64,000 bases of DNA from Polyangiales bacterium (GTDB taxonomy: Bacteria; Myxococcota_A; Polyangia; Polyangiales; Polyangiaceae). This document shows positions 8,775 to 17,813 of the stretch, in pieces. The notes beneath the pieces were generated by a model. The model saw nothing but the letters and a program-made list of their open reading frames with translations. It was not told the DNA's origin and made no database searches. Both the position numbers and the translations under genes were made by a program. Where the stretch lies: positions 1-64,000 of the forward strand of contig JBBRLQ010000029.1 in the NCBI GenBank assembly GCA_038231275.1, read 5' to 3'. Numbering within the stretch: the first letter of the stretch is position 1; the number at the start of each line of letters is the position of its first letter.

Positions 8775-11700
8775 ATGACCGAGCTTTCGAAGGCCCCACG
8801 ACCGGTCGCGAGCGAGGCGCTCGAGGGGATCGGGCGTGCGGCGCGCGCGCGAGGAGAAGCGGGCGAAGTGTGGGCCCTCGGAGCGGCGGACGCTGCGCTG
8901 GCGGCGCGGCTCCTCACGTTCGGGGAGGCAGGTCTCGGCGGATTTTCGCGTGGCGGGCTGGACGACGACGGCGTGTGGCTCGTGCGGAGGTCGGTCTCGC
9001 GGACCCTCGACGGGCTCGCGCGCGGGGAGCGGCTCCCGTGGTCGCAGGGCCTCGGCGTCGTGCGCGCGCTCGCGGGTGCGCTCGCGGCGGCCGAAGGGGC
9101 GGGGCTCTTCCCGGGTGCGCTGCGCCCCGCGGAGATTGCGCTCTCCGACGACGGGGCGTTCTTCCTCGCCGAGCCCCTCGTGCGCGCGCTGGTCGGCGCC
9201 GCGAAGGACGCGCGCGGTACGAGCGCGCCGTCCCCGCGGTGGACACCTCCCGAGCAGACCGGCGGCGCTCCGTGGGATGCGGCCGCCAACCGCTACGTGC
9301 TCGGCCTTGTCGCGTACCGGCTCCTCGCGGGCGGCATGCCGTTCGGTGGCGCGGGCCTTCGTCACGCGATGCGCGAGCAAGGCGAGGCGGCGGCGCCGTT
9401 CGAGGAGGCCATCGCGCGCGAGCTCAAGCCCGGCGTGCAGAGCTTCGTCCTGCGCCTCCTCGATCCCGACGTGCGGCAGCGACCTTCCTCGGCCGCCGCG
9501 CTCGCGTCGCTGTGCGCGGAGCTCCTCGGCGAACGACGTCCGCGTGAGAGCCCGTTGCCCACGCGCGCGGCGAAGTCGGCGTCGGCGGCGGCGCCAGCGG
9601 GCGCGATCGCTCCACCCGCGCCGGCGACCGCGTCGCCCGCGCGTTCGCCATCTGCGACCCGCGCGGGGACGAAGAAGCCGGCGACGCCGCGCCCGCGGTG
9701 GTACGCGGCGATCCCCGTGGGGGTAGGGATCGCGCTCGGCGGCGCGCTCTTCGCCGCCGCGGCACCTCGGACGGCGGCTCCTCGCGCCGACGCGCCGACA
9801 GCGATTCGCCCGAGCCCGCCGCTCACGTCGGCGGTGTCGCAGGAGTGCACGTCGTGCCACGCCCGTCAGGTCGCCGAGTGGCAACGGAGCGTGATGGCAC
9901 ACGCCCTCCGAAGTCCGCTTTATGGCGCGCTCGAGAGCGTCGTCGAGGAGCAAATCGGGAGAGACGAGCGATGCCCCAACGGCGCCGGCATTCTCCGGAA
10001 AGCCGGCGGCGACACGTGTCGCGATGAAAAGACCGGTCTCACCATCACCGGCACCGGCGGCGAGCTGTGGTGCGTGAACTGCCACGCGCCCGCCGAGAAC
10101 CTGAAGGCCGCGTCGATGCCGGCGTGGAGCGCGCTCGGCGATCGCCGCGCCCGCGCGCCCATCCGCGATCTCGTCAGCGGCGCGTCGCTCGAGGGAATCA
10201 GCTGCGCGGGCTGTCATACGACGATCGGCCCGGTCGGTGGCCGCGGCAGCTTCACCGGAGCCGGCGCCCGCTACGAGGGCAACCCCACGTGGACGTCGTT
10301 CCTCACCGGGCAGACGTTCCGCTCGCGACCCGAGGACGGGCAGGGGCGGCTCGGGATCGCGAACAGCGGGTACCAGCTCGACGGCCGCTCCTTCTTTGGC
10401 GCGTCGCTTGGAAATGGCGAGCCGATCGTCCACCGCCGCGCCTCGAGCGAGACGCGCGCATACCTCTCGTCGAGCGAGTTCTGCGGCGCCTGCCACGACG
10501 TCCGCCTCTTCGGTACCGACGTCCTCGGCGTCCGCGAGCGCGGCGATCACTTCAAGCGCCTCCGCAACGGCTACAGCGAGTGGCGCGAGTGGTCGGAGTC
10601 CGAGAAGCGCAGCGGCCGCGCGGCGCCGACGTGCCAGGGCTGCCACATGAGCCTCTACCCCGGCGTGTGCGTCGCGGGCGGCGCCAACGCCGCCAACGGA
10701 GCGAAGGGGACCGACGCGTGCCCGACCGGGACGCATTTCGAGCCGCGCCCGGCCGGTGAGTTCCAGCGCGCGCGCATGTCGGCGTCGTCCGACCACGAGG
10801 CGCCCTCGGCGTCGCACTACTTCACCAGCGTGGAGATCCCGCTCGCCACCGAGTTCAAGGACGCGTTCGCCGACGAGACGTCGCTCGATGCCGCCGGAGT
10901 CCCGCTGGGCCTCCGAGCACGCCGCGATCTCCTCCTCGCGCACACGTTCCGCTTCGAACTCGGCGCCGGCCGCCGGAGCGGCGCGCGCCTCGAGGTGCCG
11001 GTCGTCATCCAGAACACCGGCGCGGGGCACCGCGTGCCGGGCGGGTTCAGCCAAGAGCGCGAAGTGTGGGTCGAGCTCACCGTGAAAGACGGGCGCGGCA
11101 ACGTCGTCTACGAGGTCGGGCGCATCGCCGGACCCGACGCCGATCTGCGCGACAAGATCTTCTTGCGCACGACGACGTCCGACGATCTCACCGACGCGCG
11201 CGGGCGACCGCTGGGCCTGTTCGGCGCCGATGTCGTCGACGGCCCCGACGTCCCCGCGTGGAGCCCCAATCCGGCGCGAGGCGGCACCACGTTCCGCGGG
11301 CGCGGCCTCGTGAATCTCCAAAATGGCTTCTTGCGCTGCGTGAAGTGCATCGGCTTCGTCGACGCGGCCGGCCAGTGCCAAGCGCTCCCAGGACAGGGGC
11401 GCACGCGCGCCGATCGCTTCGACGACGGCGCGTACGATCTCGACACCGGCGAGTGCCGCTCGAACCTGACGAGCGGCAACGAGCTCTTCGAGACGTATTT
11501 TCCTGTCGGCGCGCTCGACGCCGAGCGTGGCATCGCGAAGGCGCCCGACGCGATCATCGACACGCGCTCGGCGCCGCCCGGCGTGGTCCTCACCTACACG
11601 TACGATCTCGACGTGGGCGCGCACCCGCCGCCCTTCGAAGTGGACGCGCGCCTGCGTTTTCGGAGCTTCCCGCCGTATTTGATCCGCGCGTTCGCGGCGT

Positions 11701-11816
11701 ACGAGGCGCGCAAGGCGGCGCAGGGGCTGCGGCCGAGCGGTCCCCAGGTGACGCCCGCGATGCTCCGGCGCGTGGAGGTGACGGACGTAGGCGCCGCGCA
11801 CGCGAGGATCCCGTGA
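8775..11816 (+). CDS. Pseudokinase-TM-pentaheme cytochrome c (c554-like) fusion
   Basis: Degenerate kinase C-lobe (FPGALRPAEI, WTPPEQ, ANRYVLGLVAYRLLAGGMPF); TM near 9700-9760. CxxCH at 9846, 10071, 10203, 10482 and 10632. NTGAGHRVPGG motif. Confidence 0.85.
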   Translation: MTELSKAPRPVASEALEGIGRAARARGEAGEVWALGAADAALAARLLTFGEAGLGGFSRGGLDDDGVWLVRRSVSRTLDGLARGERLPWSQGLGVVRALAGALAAAEGAGLFPGALRPAEIALSDDGAFFLAEPLVRALVGAAKDARGTSAPSPRWTPPEQTGGAPWDAAANRYVLGLVAYRLLAGGMPFGGAGLRHAMREQGEAAAPFEEAIARELKPGVQSFVLRLLDPDVRQRPSSAAALASLCAELLGERRPRESPLPTRAAKSASAAAPAGAIAPPAPATASPARSPSATRAGTKKPATPRPRWYAAIPVGVGIALGGALFAAAAPRTAAPRADAPTAIRPSPPLTSAVSQECTSCHARQVAEWQRSVMAHALRSPLYGALESVVEEQIGRDERCPNGAGILRKAGGDTCRDEKTGLTITGTGGELWCVNCHAPAENLKAASMPAWSALGDRRARAPIRDLVSGASLEGISCAGCHTTIGPVGGRGSFTGAGARYEGNPTWTSFLTGQTFRSRPEDGQGRLGIANSGYQLDGRSFFGASLGNGEPIVHRRASSETRAYLSSSEFCGACHDVRLFGTDVLGVRERGDHFKRLRNGYSEWREWSESEKRSGRAAPTCQGCHMSLYPGVCVAGGANAANGAKGTDACPTGTHFEPRPAGEFQRARMSASSDHEAPSASHYFTSVEIPLATEFKDAFADETSLDAAGVPLGLRARRDLLLAHTFRFELGAGRRSGARLEVPVVIQNTGAGHRVPGGFSQEREVWVELTVKDGRGNVVYEVGRIAGPDADLRDKIFLRTTTSDDLTDARGRPLGLFGADVVDGPDVPAWSPNPARGGTTFRGRGLVNLQNGFLRCVKCIGFVDAAGQCQALPGQGRTRADRFDDGAYDLDTGECRSNLTSGNELFETYFPVGALDAERGIAKAPDAIIDTRSAPPGVVLTYTYDLDVGAHPPPFEVDARLRFRSFPPYLIRAFAAYEARKAAQGLRPSGPQVTPAMLRRVEVTDVGAAHARIP

Positions 11817-14002
11817 GCTGGCCGGAGATCGTGTGGAGCGCGGCGGCGCTCCGCCCTCTCGACGCGCGCGCCCGCTCCGAGATCGAGGCCGCGGGCACGC
11901 TCAAGACCTTCGCGCGCGGCGAGCGCGTCTTCGCCGCCGGGCAGCCGGCCGACGCGCTCTTCGTGGTCGCGGCCGGACGGGTCGGCGTTCGCGCGGTTCG
12001 GCGGGGCGAGGTAGATGCGACGGTGCTCCGCGAGATCGCCGAGGGGGAGACGTTCGGCGAGGAGGGCTCGTTTCGTCCCGGGGGCACGCGCCACATGGAC
12101 GCGTCGGCGCTCGCCGAGAGTCGCGTCGCCGAAATCCCGCTGGGCGTCTTTCGCCGCGCGCTCGAACGAGGCGCGGGCAGCGCGGAGCTCGTCCTCCGTC
12201 ACGAGCGTGCGCTTCGGCGAACGGCCACGCGCGACGTCTTGAGGACGCTCGCCTTCGCGCGTCACGTCGACGACCGAGAGCTCGACGCGCTCCTCGATGC
12301 CACCGAGCACGTCGACCTCGCGCGCGGGCAGCTTCTGTTCCGCGAGGGCGAGAAGGCCACGCACGTGTACTTCGTCGCCGACGGAATGCTCCAGATCCAG
12401 ACCGAGGATCTCGGAAAAATTCGCGTCCGCGCGTACGTCGTTCGCGGCGACGTGCTCGGCGACGTCGAGGTCGGGACTGGTGGGGCGCGCGAGGTGAGCG
12501 CGGTCGCGTCCGGCGCGGCGTGGGTCCTCGCGATCCCGCGCACGGCGTTCCTCGGCTTCGCGCGGCGTCACCCTGGCCTGATGGACGGCATCCGCCGCGT
12601 CGCCGAGGAGCGCGAGGAGGCGCAGCACGCCGCCGCCGGCGCGATGCTAACGACGCGCCACATCTTCAAGGACCTCTACCGAATGCAGGTCGCGCGGTCG
12701 CTCCTCGTCATCGACGAAGGCGCCTGCGTGCGGTGCGGCCACTGCGCGTGGAGCTGCGCGTCGTCGCACGACGACGGCGTCTCGCGCCTCGTGCGACGGG
12801 GAGACAAGATCGTGACGCTCGCGGCGTCGGGCGACGACCCGCTCCTCGTCCCCAGCAGCTGCCAACACTGCGACAACCCGGCGTGCATGATCGACTGCCC
12901 GACCGGCGCGATCGGCCGCGATCCCCGCGGCGAGGTGTTCATCCGCGAGGACCTCTGCACGGGCTGCGGCAACTGCGCGAAGGGGTGCCCGTGGGACAAC
13001 ATTCAGATGGCGCCGCGCGCGCGCGCGAAGGGAGCGACGGTCGCCGAGCGCACGCCGGGACGCACGCGCGACGTCGCGGTCAAATGCGATCTCTGCAAAG
13101 GGCGCGACGGCGGGCCCGCGTGCGTGTCGTCGTGCCCGACCGGCGCCATCGCGCGCGTGAACCCCGAAGAGGCGATCCCCGAGGTGGGCGCAGCGCTCGG
13201 CGTGCGCACGAGAACGATCCTCCCTCGCGCGCGCGCAGCGTGGCCGGCCGTGGCCGGGGCCGTTCCAGTCGCCGCGGCGCTGACGTTGCACCGCTCGACG
13301 ACGCGCGCTTCGTACTTGGTGAGCGGCGGCGTGGCGGCGGCACTCCTCCTCGCGCTCGCGGCGTACGCGATCGTGAAGCGCGTCGTCCAGCCTCGCCTCC
13401 GCGTGTGGCTCATCGCGCACTACGCGCTCGGGGTCGTGACGATGGGCGCGATCGTCGCGCACGCAGGCGCGCGCGTCCCGCCGAACGTCGCCGGCGCGCT
13501 CCAACTGGCGTTCTGGGGCACGGCGATCTCCGGCATTTTTGGCGGGATCGTGTACCGGGCGCTCCCGTCACGCCTGTCGCGCGTGGAGCGAAAGGGCGCC
13601 CTGCCGGAGGATCTCGCGCCGCAGCAGCGCCAGCTCGACGAGCGAACGTTCGTCGAGCTCACCGGCAAGAGCGAGGTGCTGAAGACCGTGTGGTCGCGCA
13701 TTCTCCGGCCGTATGCGCGCGCGACGCTCGGCCCGGCCGCGCTGCTGATGTCGGGGCGAACGCTCGGCGGGGAGCAGCGTCACGTGCGCGCGAGGATCGA
13801 AGGGGTCCTCGGGGGGCGCGGGAACGAGAAGCTCCAAGGCCTCGACGCGCTCGTGCGGCTGGCGGTCGAGCGGCGCGCGCTGCCGCTCCAGCGCGTGCTG
13901 CAGGCGGCCCTCCGTGCGTGGATGCCGATGCACGTCGCGCTCACTGCGATCGTGCTCGTGCTGCTCGTCGCGCACGTCTGGCTGGCGACGAGGTACCGAT
14001 GA
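11813..14002 (+). CDS. Two cNMP-binding domains + 4x[4Fe-4S] (DmsB/NrfC-type) + His-bearing membrane (cytochrome b-like) domain
   Basis: GTG start overlaps upstream TGA. cNMP folds (GERVFAAGQPADALFVV..FGE..R; GQLLFREGEKATHVYFV..GD..R). Four Cys groups. Two H-x13-H pairs in hydrophobic helices. Confidence 0.85.
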   Translation: MSWPEIVWSAAALRPLDARARSEIEAAGTLKTFARGERVFAAGQPADALFVVAAGRVGVRAVRRGEVDATVLREIAEGETFGEEGSFRPGGTRHMDASALAESRVAEIPLGVFRRALERGAGSAELVLRHERALRRTATRDVLRTLAFARHVDDRELDALLDATEHVDLARGQLLFREGEKATHVYFVADGMLQIQTEDLGKIRVRAYVVRGDVLGDVEVGTGGAREVSAVASGAAWVLAIPRTAFLGFARRHPGLMDGIRRVAEEREEAQHAAAGAMLTTRHIFKDLYRMQVARSLLVIDEGACVRCGHCAWSCASSHDDGVSRLVRRGDKIVTLAASGDDPLLVPSSCQHCDNPACMIDCPTGAIGRDPRGEVFIREDLCTGCGNCAKGCPWDNIQMAPRARAKGATVAERTPGRTRDVAVKCDLCKGRDGGPACVSSCPTGAIARVNPEEAIPEVGAALGVRTRTILPRARAAWPAVAGAVPVAAALTLHRSTTRASYLVSGGVAAALLLALAAYAIVKRVVQPRLRVWLIAHYALGVVTMGAIVAHAGARVPPNVAGALQLAFWGTAISGIFGGIVYRALPSRLSRVERKGALPEDLAPQQRQLDERTFVELTGKSEVLKTVWSRILRPYARATLGPAALLMSGRTLGGEQRHVRARIEGVLGGRGNEKLQGLDALVRLAVERRALPLQRVLQAALRAWMPMHVALTAIVLVLLVAHVWLATRYR

Positions 14003-16113
14003 AGCCGGACGCGCCGGGCACGCCGAAGGAGCTCGCGACGCTCGACGCCGCCGCCGCGCGTCGAGCGCGAACAGCGCCCCGCGCAGTTGCGACCAGCGAC
14101 GTCACCCGCGTTCGCGACATGGCGATCGCGGCCGGCGCGGGCGCGATCGCGGCGATCGGGGCCCTCGTGCTCGTACCCTCGGGTGCCCCGGAAGCGTCCC
14201 CCGGACCGCTCGCGCGCCCACACGCGCAAGCCAAGCTCCCTTGCACGGCGTGCCACTCGGACAAGGAGGGCGCGCCCGCTCCGCGCGCCGCGTGCGGCGG
14301 CTGCCACGGTGGGCCCGCCCACGCCTCACTCCGCGCCGGACACCGCGCGCTCGCGGCGAAAGGCGAGCTCGGCTGCATCACGTGCCACCCCGCCCACGGC
14401 GACGCGCGCGGCGTCACCTTCGCGAGCGACGGGAGCTACGTGCTTTGGTCGAGCGGCGTCGAGTCTCGGGGCAATGCCGCGCACGCGACGCCCGGCGGCG
14501 CGACGGTACCGCTCGTCCCCGTCGCCGTCTGCGCCAAGTGCCACGACGCGCAAGACCCGCGCGATCCGCTCGCCTCGTGCACGGCCCCCGGCGCCGCAAT
14601 CTCCACGTGCTTCGACGAGCACCAGCGCGCCGACCAGACGACTCCCGCCGGCAATCGCTGCGCCGCGCAGCACGGCCCCGCGCGCTTCGTCGCGTGGGAG
14701 TCCGCGCGTGAGATCGCCCAGGCCGCTCCGGCGCCGGTGCGCGCGAGCGGCGCCGGTCCATTGGGCATCGTCGGCGCAGGTCTCGGCGCGTCCAGCCTCG
14801 CCCTCGTCGCCGCGACCGCACTTCGCCGTCGCCGTCGCCGGGCCGCGCCCGACGCGGAGGCCAAGCTGCCGGCGGGCGCGCGCCTCCGCTTGCCGCAGAT
14901 CGATCCGACGACGTGCATCGGCTGCTACGCGTGCGTGGACGCGTGCCCCTTCGACGTCATCGAGATCGAGCGCTACGTCGCCAAGGTCGTTCGCCCGTCA
15001 GACTGCTGCGGCGTCGTCCTCTGCGAGCAAGTGTGCCCGAATGGCTCTCTTGTGATCGCCGAGGGCGAGCCGATCGCGACGCGTCTCAACCTCGACGACC
15101 GGCTCGAGTCACGCGACGCGCCCGGCGTCTTCGTCGCCGGCGACCTGTCGGGCCTGCCCCTCATCAAGAACGCGATCGTCCAGGGTCGCCGCGTCGTCGA
15201 GCATGTCGCCGCATCGCTCCCCGCGAAGGAGCGCGTCAAGAGCCCGTCCGCGACCGAAGTGGACCTCGTCATCGTCGGAGCGGGACCCGCCGGGATCAGC
15301 GCGTCCCTCCGCGCGCGCGAGCTCGGCCTGTCGTACGTGACCCTCGAGCAAGGGACCGTCGCGTCGAGCGTGAAGAGCTTCCCGCGCAGCAAGCTCGTCT
15401 TCGATCAGCCGCTCGATCTCCCCGTCGAAGGCGAGCTCTGGCTCAAAGAATCGACGAAGGAGGAGCTCCTCGCGCAGTGGACGCGCATCGTCCGCGCGCG
15501 CAAGCTCGCGGTCCGCGAAGGACGACGCGTGGACGCCGTCACCCGCGAGGGAAAGACCCTGATCGTGTCGAGCATCGACGCGACAGGCGGACGCGAGACG
15601 ATCCGCGCCGCGCGCTTGGTCCTCGCGATCGGCAAGCGCGGCACCCCCAAGACCCTCGCATGTCCGATCGCAGCGGCCGCCGAGGGTAAGGTCGCCTATT
15701 CGCTCGCCGACGCGCGCAGCTTCGCCGGCCAGCGCGTCCTCGTGGTCGGCCTCGGGGACACCGCGATGGAGGCGGCGATCGCCCTCGCGCGCCAGCCGGG
15801 CACCGCGGTGACGATCGCGTACCGCGGCGCCGCGTTCCAGCGCGGCAAGGCCCGCAACGTGGCCGAGGTGAAGCGCCTCCTCGCGCGCGGCGCCGTCCGC
15901 ATCCTCTTCGAGAGCCACGTCAGCCGCATAGGCGCCGATGCGGTCACTCTCGAAGGCCCTCGCGGGCGCGAGGATCTGCGCATCGATGCGGTCTTCGTCC
16001 TCATCGGCGGCGTGCCGTCGTGGGATCTGGTCCAGCAGGCCGGAGTCAAAATGACCATCCAAGCACTGGACATCACCTCAGAAATTTCAAAATCCGCGCC
16101 TCCGACGATTTGA
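13999..16113 (+). CDS. Tetraheme cytochrome c + ferredoxin + FAD/NAD(P)H TrxB/YpdA-like oxidoreductase fusion
   Basis: ATG overlaps upstream TGA. CxxCH at 14242, 14293, 14374 and 14530 between two hydrophobic segments. CIGCYACVDACP and CCGVVLCEQVCP. GAGPAG, GLGDTA, YRGAAF. Confidence 0.85.
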   Translation: MKPDAPGTPKELATLDAAAARRARTAPRAVATSDVTRVRDMAIAAGAGAIAAIGALVLVPSGAPEASPGPLARPHAQAKLPCTACHSDKEGAPAPRAACGGCHGGPAHASLRAGHRALAAKGELGCITCHPAHGDARGVTFASDGSYVLWSSGVESRGNAAHATPGGATVPLVPVAVCAKCHDAQDPRDPLASCTAPGAAISTCFDEHQRADQTTPAGNRCAAQHGPARFVAWESAREIAQAAPAPVRASGAGPLGIVGAGLGASSLALVAATALRRRRRRAAPDAEAKLPAGARLRLPQIDPTTCIGCYACVDACPFDVIEIERYVAKVVRPSDCCGVVLCEQVCPNGSLVIAEGEPIATRLNLDDRLESRDAPGVFVAGDLSGLPLIKNAIVQGRRVVEHVAASLPAKERVKSPSATEVDLVIVGAGPAGISASLRARELGLSYVTLEQGTVASSVKSFPRSKLVFDQPLDLPVEGELWLKESTKEELLAQWTRIVRARKLAVREGRRVDAVTREGKTLIVSSIDATGGRETIRAARLVLAIGKRGTPKTLACPIAAAAEGKVAYSLADARSFAGQRVLVVGLGDTAMEAAIALARQPGTAVTIAYRGAAFQRGKARNVAEVKRLLARGAVRILFESHVSRIGADAVTLEGPRGREDLRIDAVFVLIGGVPSWDLVQQAGVKMTIQALDITSEISKSAPPTI

Positions 16114-16159
16114 GCGCTGCGCAGATCGTTTCGGGTTCTTACGCGTACGAACCTGCACG

Positions 16160-17755
16160 ATGAAGATCCGCAGCGTCGCTCTTTGGGCCGTCCTCGGCGT
16201 GGTCGCTTCCAGTGCGGGAGCCCTCGCCATCCCGGTTCCGGCGACGACCGCGCGACCCGTTCAGGTCTCTCCCGAGGGCTGGCTCGGCAAGGAAGACGGT
16301 CAGGTGACCCGCGCCCACTTCACCGCAGGTCAAACGCTCGTCGTCGACGGACGGCTCGGGCATGCGTCGATCGCGAAGACCGGGCGCGGCGAGACGTACT
16401 TCTTCGCGTCGGTGACCGGCGCCGACGCGTCGTCCACCGCCTCGGCGTCGCCGATGAACCTCGCGATCGTGATCGATCGCTCGGGCTCGATGAAGGGCGA
16501 CCGCATCGCCAACGCGATGACCGCCGCCGTCGGCATGGTCGAGCGCATGCGCGAGGGCGACAGCGTCACCGTCGTCAGCTTCGACACCGAGTCCTCGGTC
16601 GTCGTCCCGCCGACGGTCACGACCGCGTCGACCCGCCCGTCGATCGCAGCGGCCATCCGCTCCATCCGCCTCGGCGGCGACACGTGCATCTCGTGCGGCC
16701 TCGAAGAGGGCATGCGCCAGCTCGATCGAACGACGCTCGGCGGCGATCGCGTCAACCGGATGATCCTCCTGTCGGACGGAGCGACCAACCACGGCATCCG
16801 CGACCTCGGCGGTCTACGCGGAATGGCCGGGCACATGCGCGATCGCGGGCTGTCGATCTCGACGATCGGCGTCGATCTCGACTTCGACGAGAAGGTCATG
16901 GCGGCGATCGCGTCGGAGTCGAACGGCCGGCATTATTTCGTCGCGAATCCGTCGGGGCTCCCTGCGATTTTTTCGCAGGAGTTCGACTCGCTGCTCGCTT
17001 CGGTGGCCGGCGACGCGGAGCTCTCCGTGGATCTGCCGCCCGGCGTGGAGGTCGAGCAGGTCTTCGATCGCACGTTCCGTCGCGAGGGCTCGAGGATCAT
17101 CGTGCCGTTCGGGACGTTCAGCGCGAAGCAGGAGAAGACGGTGCTCATGAAGCTCCGCGTGCCCGCCGATCGCGAGGGCCTGCAGCCCATCGTGGACGTG
17201 AAGCTCGCGTACCGGGATCTGGTGCAGAAGACCGACGGGAGCTGCAGCGGCTCGCTGGCCGCGCTCGTCACCGGGGACGCGGACGCGCAGAAGGATCTGG
17301 ACCCGTTCGTCGCGGCCCGCCTCGAGCGGAGCCGCACGGCGCAGACGCTCACCGACGCGAACCTCCTCTTCGAGCAGGGCCGCATCGTCGAAGCGCGTGC
17401 GCGCCTTCGTGGACAGCGCGACGAGCTCGAGAAGAGCAAGGCCGTCGCGCACGCCGCGGCGACCGCACGTCCCACGGTGAACCCGTTCCGCGGCCGTACG
17501 CTCGACGACGACTTCGGCGCGCAGCAGCAAGCGGTCGCGCAGGCCGAAGCGAATTTCGCTACGCCGCCCGCGAAGGTCGCAGGAGGCTCGGCCGCCGGCG
17601 CGGGCTTCGGCGGCCTCGCGAGCGCGACGCCCCGCAACGGTCCGTTCGCCACGCCGCCTGCCGCGCAGCCCGCCGCGCCGCCCGCCGCCGATTCGCGCGA
17701 GGGCAAAGCGGCCCGCAAGGACAACCAGCAGCGCGCGACCGACTTCGCGTTCTGA
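16160..17755 (+). CDS. Secreted von Willebrand factor A domain protein (YfbK-like)
   Basis: Signal peptide; MIDAS DRSGSM; GGDT; LLSDG; STIGVDLDFDE. Confidence 0.85.
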   Translation: MKIRSVALWAVLGVVASSAGALAIPVPATTARPVQVSPEGWLGKEDGQVTRAHFTAGQTLVVDGRLGHASIAKTGRGETYFFASVTGADASSTASASPMNLAIVIDRSGSMKGDRIANAMTAAVGMVERMREGDSVTVVSFDTESSVVVPPTVTTASTRPSIAAAIRSIRLGGDTCISCGLEEGMRQLDRTTLGGDRVNRMILLSDGATNHGIRDLGGLRGMAGHMRDRGLSISTIGVDLDFDEKVMAAIASESNGRHYFVANPSGLPAIFSQEFDSLLASVAGDAELSVDLPPGVEVEQVFDRTFRREGSRIIVPFGTFSAKQEKTVLMKLRVPADREGLQPIVDVKLAYRDLVQKTDGSCSGSLAALVTGDADAQKDLDPFVAARLERSRTAQTLTDANLLFEQGRIVEARARLRGQRDELEKSKAVAHAAATARPTVNPFRGRTLDDDFGAQQQAVAQAEANFATPPAKVAGGSAAGAGFGGLASATPRNGPFATPPAAQPAAPPAADSREGKAARKDNQQRATDFAF

Positions 17756-17771
17756 AAATCGGCGCGAATCG

Positions 17772-17813
17772 TTGGCAAACAGTACTGTACGGATGTACCG
17801 TACGGGTACGGTA
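17772..17813 (+). promoter_or_regulatory. Putative promoter with overlapping palindromic (LexA/SOS-box-like) operators
   Basis: TTGGCA at 17772; TACTGTAcggatgTACCGTA at 17783-17802; perfect inverted repeat TACCGTAC-gg-GTACGGTA at 17796-17813. Confidence 0.5.

Noticed and set aside
11337..11351. CVKCI as a sixth heme site
   Set aside because: No His after CxxC; more likely a disulfide or metal site.
7446..11801. 1451-aa minus-strand ORF, and similar long antisense or alternate-frame ORFs (18985..21432, 23266..26322, 34675..36828)
   Set aside because: Arg/Ala-rich shadows of real genes, expected in high-GC DNA; no motifs.
11066..13998. Long N-terminal extensions of ORFs 11066..14002 and 11833..16113
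   Set aside because: They overlap upstream genes in other frames. The likely starts are GTG 11813 and ATG 13999, each overlapping a stop codon.
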